Below are positions 57,275-64,000 of a stretch of 64,000 nucleotides of DNA, one piece after another. The stretch lies in the NCBI GenBank assembly GCA_964522435.1, contig CAZFUL010000005.1, positions 21,568-85,567 of the forward strand, written 5' to 3'. Under the pieces are notes generated by a model. It did no database searches, was not told the origin of the DNA, and was given only the letters and a program-made list of their open reading frames with translations. Every line of letters begins with the position of its first letter. Position 1 is the stretch's first letter. The translations under genes and the position numbers were made by a program. This stretch comes from an uncultured Gammaproteobacteria bacterium. Its GTDB lineage: Bacteria; Patescibacteriota; Patescibacteriia; Magasanikbacterales; UBA922.

Positions 57275-57685
57275 TTATACACCCAAAGGAGAATAGCCTT
57301 GTGTAAGTAAATTTTGTATAGGAATAAATAATTGTTCGGGTAAGTTGTTCCAGTCAAACCATTCCCAGGTTTCACATTTATCTGGTTCCATAATCGTGAC
57401 GTCACCAGCGTCATAGTCGCAGACCATAGAAATAGTAATATAGTGTTTTTGTTCATCTAAAAAAATATCATTTGTTGCCGTACCAAATCGGATATTTTTC
57501 ACCGTAATGCCTGTTTCTTCCATTACTTCTCGCTTCACACAGTCTTCCCAAGATTCACCATATTCAAGATGTCCTCCTGGAAATGCCCATGAGCCAGTAC
57601 CGTGCGCATTTTTTCTTTTTCCAAGTAGCACTTTTCCATTTTTTATAATGGCAACGCCTATGCCTACTTTTGGTCTGTCGGTCAT
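57275..57685 (-). CDS. NUDIX hydrolase (NUDT15-like)
   Basis: GGHLEYGESWEDCVKREVMEETG; MEPDKCETWEW. Confidence 0.92.
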   Translation of the reverse strand: MTDRPKVGIGVAIIKNGKVLLGKRKNAHGTGSWAFPGGHLEYGESWEDCVKREVMEETGITVKNIRFGTATNDIFLDEQKHYITISMVCDYDAGDVTIMEPDKCETWEWFDWNNLPEQLFIPIQNLLTQGYSPLGV

Positions 57686-57850
57686 ATAATATTCTCTATT
57701 TTTTATAAGTTATGAGCGCAAAAAAACTATAGCAACCCTGGAGGGATTTATCAAGAAATATATTTTGCCTATCAGGGTGTCCTAATTGACAGAACCTAGC
57801 GAATATGCTAGGTTTTTTTGTTCATCTGACGGAATAACAGGAGGTACAGC

Positions 57851-58639
57851 ATGAACATGGAGATCCTGACCAACTTCGTTCTTGGGATCGGGCTTATCGT
57901 TAGCTCGGTCATCGTCTTTTTTGTTCTGCGCTTTTGCGCTCACACTCTGCTGAGGCTGTTTACGTCCTCGCAGCTGAAGACGCTCATCTTCGACATCGAT
58001 CGGACCTTGCATCTTTCTACAGCATTCAAGGATTATTGGATCGGTGAAGACTTGATCCTCATCAACAAGCTGCGTCGACGCCATGGGAAAGCTGCTCTCA
58101 CTGCGGCTGAATATGGCAATAGTGTTGATGATATTGGGCCAGACGAGGCATTTCGGGACGCGTGGTCGGATGCGTCTGGACAATGGCTTTCCGACAAGGC
58201 CTTGTGTCGTCTTCGTAGACGTGGACGGCGGGCGCAAGGGATCGAGCAGAACAGGAATCTGATCACCACCTTTTCCTGTCTGCGTGAGCAGGGGTATACG
58301 ATTGTGGCCTACAGCGACAATCCGATTTCCCTCAAGATGCTCAAAGCGCTGGGCATTGCGAAGTACGTTCATCGGGTGGTAGTCGCACCTGCTCGCTTTG
58401 GGAAGCTGAAACACAAGCTTCGCTTCATTCATGTGTTGCGGAGCACCTGGAGTTTTCCCACGCAAACAGCCATGTTTGGTGATTCTCAGGTATCAGACAT
58501 TGCACCTGCCCAAAAGTATCTGCCCAACAATCGTTGCTGTCGCGTCGTAGGGCCAGGCCAGTTGATTGAAGCGCTGCTTCGAGTTCTTCCTCACGAAGAG
58601 TCCAAGGAGTTGAAGCAGAAACTTACGGTTCGGCAATAA
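57851..58639 (+). CDS. Membrane-anchored HAD-like hydrolase (GC-rich ORFan)
   Basis: FDIDRTL, YSDN, K, FGDS..SD; SD AGGAGG; TTGACA at 57786. Confidence 0.7.
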   Translation: MNMEILTNFVLGIGLIVSSVIVFFVLRFCAHTLLRLFTSSQLKTLIFDIDRTLHLSTAFKDYWIGEDLILINKLRRRHGKAALTAAEYGNSVDDIGPDEAFRDAWSDASGQWLSDKALCRLRRRGRRAQGIEQNRNLITTFSCLREQGYTIVAYSDNPISLKMLKALGIAKYVHRVVVAPARFGKLKHKLRFIHVLRSTWSFPTQTAMFGDSQVSDIAPAQKYLPNNRCCRVVGPGQLIEALLRVLPHEESKELKQKLTVRQ

Positions 58640-58791
58640 TTTAGGAGCAGGCGGTATGCAGGAAGAATACCGCCGCAAAAGAAAGAAGCGTATGCCATGC
58701 ATAGGCTTTTTTCTTTTAGTTGCACCCGAATAAAAACTAGGCTACACTAAATACGATTATATTCCATTTTCTTGATATTGATGAACTCTCT

Positions 58792-59775
58792 ATGAATAAA
58801 CAAATTATTGTTTCTGGTATTCAGCCTACGGGAAACCAGCATGTTGGAAATTATCTTGGCGCTGTAAAAAATTGGGTTGATCTTCAAGCAACTGGTGAAT
58901 ACGACATGTATATTTTTATTGCCGATCTCCATTCTCTTACGGGGGACATGGATGCTGATACACGCAGAGCCTGCATTATCCGTACTGCGGCAGAACTGTT
59001 AGCCATTGGCATTGACCCACATAAAACAACGCTATTTGTTCAATCAACTATTCCTGAACATACCGAATTGGCTTGGGTGTTTAATACGATTACTCCACTA
59101 GCAGAATTAGAACGGATGACACAGTTTAAAGACAAATCGCAACGACAGGCAAAAAACATTAATACGGGGTTATTAACATACCCAGTGTTACAAGCCGCTG
59201 ATATTTTACTCTATCGCGGGACACATGTCCCTGTTGGGATTGATCAAGTGCAACATGTTGAGTTAACGCGCGATTGTGCTCGTTGGTTTAATAATCGCTA
59301 CGGAGAATATTTTAAAGAAGTAGCGCCACTGCTTACCGACACGCCTAAAATTATGAGTTTGTTAGAACCAGAGAAAAAAATGAGTAAAAGTCATGGTCTT
59401 GATTCTGTTATTGAACTAGCAGATGAGCCAGACGTGATTACAAAAAAATTAAAAAAAGCGGTTACAGCGACAGAAGGAGGTACTGGATCAGTTGGCGCCC
59501 AAAACCTTATTCAATTGCTGAAGTATGTTGGCAATCAAGAAGCCTACACTCGCTACACGCAAGAAGAAAAAGATGGGACTATTCGGTATGGAGAATTAAA
59601 AACAGAGTTAGGAAATACACTGAGCACGGCATTTGCTGCATTTCGTGAGAGACGTCGTGAGTTGTTAGAACAGCATGACGAAATTGCCGCACTATTAAGT
59701 ATTGGTACAAAAAAAGCACAACAGGTTGCGAGTGACACCATGCAGCATGTTCGTAACGCGGTTGGTATTCGCTAA
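58792..59775 (+). CDS. trpS: Tryptophan--tRNA ligase
   Basis: SGIQPTG..HVGNY, YPVLQAADIL, KMSKS. Confidence 0.97.
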   Translation: MNKQIIVSGIQPTGNQHVGNYLGAVKNWVDLQATGEYDMYIFIADLHSLTGDMDADTRRACIIRTAAELLAIGIDPHKTTLFVQSTIPEHTELAWVFNTITPLAELERMTQFKDKSQRQAKNINTGLLTYPVLQAADILLYRGTHVPVGIDQVQHVELTRDCARWFNNRYGEYFKEVAPLLTDTPKIMSLLEPEKKMSKSHGLDSVIELADEPDVITKKLKKAVTATEGGTGSVGAQNLIQLLKYVGNQEAYTRYTQEEKDGTIRYGELKTELGNTLSTAFAAFRERRRELLEQHDEIAALLSIGTKKAQQVASDTMQHVRNAVGIR

Positions 59776-59834
59776 TTATTGTTTTTTTGCTATACTGACA
59801 CTAGTCACTTGGATGAAATAATTTTTTTAGATAT

Positions 59835-60077
59835 ATGAAATTTATTCTTGGCTTTTTGGTGATTGGGATTGGTGTATTCATGGTAGTAAAGACAGAGTGG
59901 ATGGTAGAAAATTTTGGAAGAAGCGCGTGGGCTGAAGAAAAATTTGTTACGAGTGGGGGGACACGGTTACTCTATAAACTCATCGGTATTGTTGCCATTT
60001 TCCTTACCTTTATGGTATGGACAGGGGGATTTCAACGACTCTTGTTGGGAACCTTTGGATCGTTATTTGGATTATAA
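59835..60077 (+). CDS. Small two-TM membrane protein
   Basis: FGRSAWAEEKF..GGTRLLYKLIG. Confidence 0.75.
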   Translation: MKFILGFLVIGIGVFMVVKTEWMVENFGRSAWAEEKFVTSGGTRLLYKLIGIVAIFLTFMVWTGGFQRLLLGTFGSLFGL

Positions 60078-60081
60078 TTGT

Positions 60082-60636
60082 ATGTCGTATCACAGCGGGA
60101 ATCAACTTGTTGATCCGCACATGTTATTTGATAAATTGCCATTGCAACCAGGGATGCATGTGGCAGATTTTGGTTGTGGAAGAACGGGACATATTGTATT
60201 CCCGGCGGCATTAATTGTGGGAGAGCGAGGATTGATTTTTGCGGTTGATATTTTAAAAGATGTATTAGACAATATTCAAAAGCGAGCAAAAATTGAATCC
60301 TTACATCAAATACAAACCATTTGGTCTAACATAGAATATGTTGGAAAAACGGCTATTCCTGATGAATCTCTTGATGTGGTATTTATTGTTAACGTGCTTT
60401 CTCAATCAGATAATCGCCACGGGGTGTTAGAAGAAGCAAAACGCTTATTAAAAAAGAAAGGCAGAATTGTTGTCGTAGATTGGAATAAACAAGGGTTGAG
60501 TTTTTGTCCAGACCATACCCGGTTTGTGAATTTTGATGATGTGATTCAGTGGGGAAGAGTGCAAGGATTTGGGGTTCAAGAAGAGTGTATTGTTGGGCCC
60601 TATCATCGCGGAGTTATTTTATATAGAAATAGTTAG
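60082..60636 (+). CDS. Class I SAM-dependent methyltransferase
   Basis: VADFGCGRTG, AVDI, LKKKGRIVVVDW. Confidence 0.88.
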   Translation: MSYHSGNQLVDPHMLFDKLPLQPGMHVADFGCGRTGHIVFPAALIVGERGLIFAVDILKDVLDNIQKRAKIESLHQIQTIWSNIEYVGKTAIPDESLDVVFIVNVLSQSDNRHGVLEEAKRLLKKKGRIVVVDWNKQGLSFCPDHTRFVNFDDVIQWGRVQGFGVQEECIVGPYHRGVILYRNS

Positions 60637-60681
60637 GGACTCGCCGTCGCCCTTTGGGCTATGGCGAGCGAGGGGGGAAAT

Positions 60682-61062
60682 ATGATATCTCAAAATAGAC
60701 GCCTAGGAAACTGGGGCGAGCACGTTGCGGTACGATTTTTAGAAAAAAAACAGTATCAGATCATACAAAAAAACTTTACGACTCGTGTGGGGGAAATAGA
60801 TATTATCGCCTACCGCGAGTACCCCATCCATGGGCGTACGCTCTGTTTTATTGAAGTAAAAACGCGTTCTTCTCCATTGGATGCCGCATCACGCGCAACC
60901 GGATTTCGCAAACAGCAGCATATGCAAGCGGCAGCTCGCATATTTTGCTTACAGCAGCGGATTCCTATGGACAGAGTCCCTATACAATTTGAACACGTGA
61001 GTATCTATTCATTAGCGAAAGAAACCGCCAAAATATATCACTATGTGGTACCCATCTCTTGA
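60682..61062 (+). CDS. YraN (UPF0102) family protein
   Basis: G.WGE..A..FL, GEIDII, FIEVKTR. Confidence 0.9.
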   Translation: MISQNRRLGNWGEHVAVRFLEKKQYQIIQKNFTTRVGEIDIIAYREYPIHGRTLCFIEVKTRSSPLDAASRATGFRKQQHMQAAARIFCLQQRIPMDRVPIQFEHVSIYSLAKETAKIYHYVVPIS

Positions 61063-61155
61063 CAAACGGACATATGTATGGTATAGTCTTTTTATATAAA
61101 GTAGCTTGACAATCAAGCTGCTTTTTTTATTCTTACTTAATATACTCTTATATAT

Positions 61156-62418
61156 ATGTCTGAAATAACCAAACAGATTCAATTTATTTGTGATGAAAAG
61201 GGCATTGATTATGCGACCGTGATGAACGCTCTTGAGAGTGCTCTTGGTGCAGCGTACAGAAAAGATTTTGGGAATCGTCAACAAAATATTAAAGTAAAAT
61301 TTGACCCAGAAACCGGCAGTATGCAAATGTGGGATGTAAAAGAAGTTGTTGCGGATATAGAGGAAGATGTTTTGGAACAAGCCCAAGAAGAACTCACCAA
61401 ACGCCGAGAACAATTTATGGCAGAAGGACGCGAGTTAACAGAAGAAGATGTGGCAGACCTTCCTCGATTTAATCCAAAAAACGACATGATGCTTCGCGAT
61501 GCCGTGCTTATTAAACCTAAAGCAAAAGTGGGTGATATCTTGGAAATTGAGTTAACTATTCCGAGTGATTTTGGACGCATGGCAGCCCAAACCGCAAAAC
61601 AGGTGATTATCCAAAAATTGCGTGAAGCAGAGCGAAATAGTGTATTTGAAGATTTTAAACGTCAAGAAAAACAAATTGTGCAAGGGGTTATTCAACGCCG
61701 AGACCGTAGTGGCAATGTGGTGGTTGATTTAGGAAAAATTACCGGTACTTTGCCACAACGACAACAAATTGCTCGTGAATTTTATAAACCAGGAAGCAAA
61801 TTTCGTTTTTATGTTGTTTCTGTTGGCTTAGAAGCACGCGGTCCTGAGATTGTGTTATCTCGTTCTCATGAAGATATGGTACGAACCGTATTTGAACAAG
61901 AAATTCCTGAAATTGAAAACGGGGAAGTGATTATTAAAGCCATTGCCCGAGACGCAGGGAATCGATCGAAAGTAGCCGTGTCTACTGATGATCAAAATAT
62001 TGATCCTATTGGCTCTTGTATTGGACAACGAGGGAGTCGTATTACCACTATTATTGAAGAATTAGGTGGTGAAAAAGTAGATATTATCCAATACACCGAG
62101 AATGCTGCGGATTTTATTAAACAAGCGCTTTCGCCGGCAAAAGTGGATAAAGTAGAATTAAACGAAGAAGAAAAACTCGCAACGGTTCATGTGGCGGAAG
62201 ATCAATTTTCTTTAGCCATTGGCCGCGGGGGACAAAATGTTCGTTTAGCAGCAGCCTTGACTGGTTGGCAAATTAACGTTGTTCAACTCAATGATCCAGA
62301 AAAATTAGTGAGTAGTGAAGACGCTCTGCCTGTTGTTGAGGAAGTGTTAGCATCAGAAGAAAACAGCCCGTCTGTAGAAGCAGAGCAAACTGCTCAAGAA
62401 GAACTACCAAAAGAATAA
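61156..62418 (+). CDS. nusA: Transcription termination/antitermination factor NusA
   Basis: FGRMAAQTAKQV, S1 domain, ARDAG.RSK, SLAIGRGGQNVRLA. Confidence 0.97.
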   Translation: MSEITKQIQFICDEKGIDYATVMNALESALGAAYRKDFGNRQQNIKVKFDPETGSMQMWDVKEVVADIEEDVLEQAQEELTKRREQFMAEGRELTEEDVADLPRFNPKNDMMLRDAVLIKPKAKVGDILEIELTIPSDFGRMAAQTAKQVIIQKLREAERNSVFEDFKRQEKQIVQGVIQRRDRSGNVVVDLGKITGTLPQRQQIAREFYKPGSKFRFYVVSVGLEARGPEIVLSRSHEDMVRTVFEQEIPEIENGEVIIKAIARDAGNRSKVAVSTDDQNIDPIGSCIGQRGSRITTIIEELGGEKVDIIQYTENAADFIKQALSPAKVDKVELNEEEKLATVHVAEDQFSLAIGRGGQNVRLAAALTGWQINVVQLNDPEKLVSSEDALPVVEEVLASEENSPSVEAEQTAQEELPKE

Positions 62419-62514
62419 GTTTCGCAACTATACCATAAAACCCTGCACCAGAACGCTGCAGGGTTTTGTTTTTATTCATTGTAAGAATATGCTATACTTT
62501 GCTTTCAATAGCAT

Positions 62515-64000
62515 ATGGATGAATACGTTATCTCAGTAGAAGAAAAACAGACCAAAAACCGGCGCTGTTCTTTTTGTCATACCCTGGGACATACCAAACG
62601 ACAGTGTGGGGTATATAAAGAGCATCTGCGTATTATTCCTATTCAATCTCAAACACCACAAAGACAATCCGTGCATATTATTAATTTACGAGAACGAGAG
62701 CCGCAACAGACCATAACAGAGGACATACCGGTGTTTATTGAACCAAAAATAGCGACCACACGCTCAGAAGTTATATCCTTTGCTGCGCTTATTAACGAGC
62801 AGCAGACAAGCCGGGTGCAAAAAGAATCATCTATCTCTGCAAAAGAGAAAAATAGACCGGCTTTTTCCTTGCGCGTGCTAGGAAAAAAGACAATAACATC
62901 GATGCAAGAACAGTTTTCTCGCTTTCAACGAGGATCTGCGGGCATACTATTTCGTCCGAGCATTGCCATGGTGCTTGTATTACTCATAATTTCTTTTCCC
63001 CTGAGTAAATATATTTCTTCGGTAAAAGCAGATACAGAAAAAATTGCACAAATAAGTACTCATGCTTTTACCTCGCTTGGGGATGCTACCTTTGCTGCAT
63101 TTCAGTCTGATATGGGGAAGGCAGAAGCGTCGTTAAGTGATGCGCTGCAAGCATTTTTTGACGCCAGTGTGTTGATTGAAGAAAAACATCCTCTATTGCA
63201 GTCTATTGCTCGTGTGTTACCTGTGATTGGGAAAGATATTAATGGAAAATATCACTTGCTTGAAGCAGGACAACACATGAGCATTGGAAATACCTATTTA
63301 TTAAAAGGAGTAAAAGAAGCGCAGACAGCGACGTCTTTAAGTACCTCTAACCAGTTAGAATTACTCATTCAACATTTACGAGCGGCAAAACCGCAATATC
63401 AAGCAGCACTGCTGTCACTTGCTGCTGTCGATGCTGAGATATTGCCGTTAGCATATCAAAAACAATTTCGAGATCTCCAAGTATTATTTACGGCCTTTGT
63501 TGATGATATTGATGATATCACGACGCTTGCCGACACCATGAATACTATTGTGGGTTCTAATGGGTTTCGTCGTTACATTGTGGTAACACAAAATTCGGCT
63601 GAAATTCGTGCAACGGGAGGATTTTGGGGAGCAGCAGCACTCTGTGATTTTCAACAAGGAAACTTTTTAGGCTGCGAGGTATTAGGCGGAGGGTTATATG
63701 ATCTACAAGGACAATACGGAGAATATATTGCTCCTCCTGCGCCATTGCAAATCGTTAATAAACGCTGGGAATGTCATGATATGAATTGGTGGCCTGATTT
63801 TGCGTCGTCTGCAGAATTATTAGCCAATTGTTTTCAAAAAAGTCGTGGGATAACGGTTGATGGGGTGATTGCCGTAAATGCCTCTGTACTAGAAAAGATA
63901 TTGTCCATCACTGGTCCGATTATAAATGAAGAACATGATGTTGTCCTTACGGCAGAAACTGCGCTTGAGGTACTTCAGAAAAAAGTTGAGGTAGATTATG
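62515..64000 (+). CDS. DUF4012-like membrane protein, partial (runs off window edge)
   Basis: Manual translation from ATG 62515: CSFCHTLGHTKRQC, TM, RRYIVVTQNSAEIRATGGFWG, MNWWPDF, VDGVIAVN. Confidence 0.8.
   Translation, partial: MDEYVISVEEKQTKNRRCSFCHTLGHTKRQCGVYKEHLRIIPIQSQTPQRQSVHIINLREREPQQTITEDIPVFIEPKIATTRSEVISFAALINEQQTSRVQKESSISAKEKNRPAFSLRVLGKKTITSMQEQFSRFQRGSAGILFRPSIAMVLVLLIISFPLSKYISSVKADTEKIAQISTHAFTSLGDATFAAFQSDMGKAEASLSDALQAFFDASVLIEEKHPLLQSIARVLPVIGKDINGKYHLLEAGQHMSIGNTYLLKGVKEAQTATSLSTSNQLELLIQHLRAAKPQYQAALLSLAAVDAEILPLAYQKQFRDLQVLFTAFVDDIDDITTLADTMNTIVGSNGFRRYIVVTQNSAEIRATGGFWGAAALCDFQQGNFLGCEVLGGGLYDLQGQYGEYIAPPAPLQIVNKRWECHDMNWWPDFASSAELLANCFQKSRGITVDGVIAVNASVLEKILSITGPIINEEHDVVLTAETALEVLQKKVEVDY

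Overview
Chromosomal window from a low-GC bacterium whose gene content looks like Patescibacteria/CPR (Parcubacteria-like; an inference). The backbone is ordinary: rpsA, ftsH, an RluB-like synthase, VKOR/DsbA, nth, recA, ftsK, rpoB-rpoC, yebC-ruvC, rpsO-NYN-pnp, trpS, nusA and surface-glycan genes, mostly without Shine-Dalgarno (SD) sites. At about 10.3-24.7 kb lies a co-oriented island of GC-rich, SD-led genes separated by structured spacers. Six spacers carry a clear conserved module and two carry a variant. The module is a GCACTCG-type linker, a hairpin with a TGCACA loop, a second overlapping long hairpin and usually a boxA-like GTTCTTT(G/A)AAA. The first island gene is an 87-aa protein with a lambda-N-like arginine-rich motif, which suggests an undescribed processive antitermination or cassette system. 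Its cargo resembles cyclic-oligonucleotide machinery (DHH phosphoesterase, Csx20-like, tandem Csx15-like, 2TM-SAVED-like) plus a MoxR AAA+/VWA pair. No Cas10, CD-NTase, integrase or CRISPR array is in the window. A separate integron-cassette remnant (two attC-like sites, a degenerate TIR gene, an ATP-grasp gene) lies at 48.3-50.4 kb. All family calls come from motif recognition by eye, not database searches.
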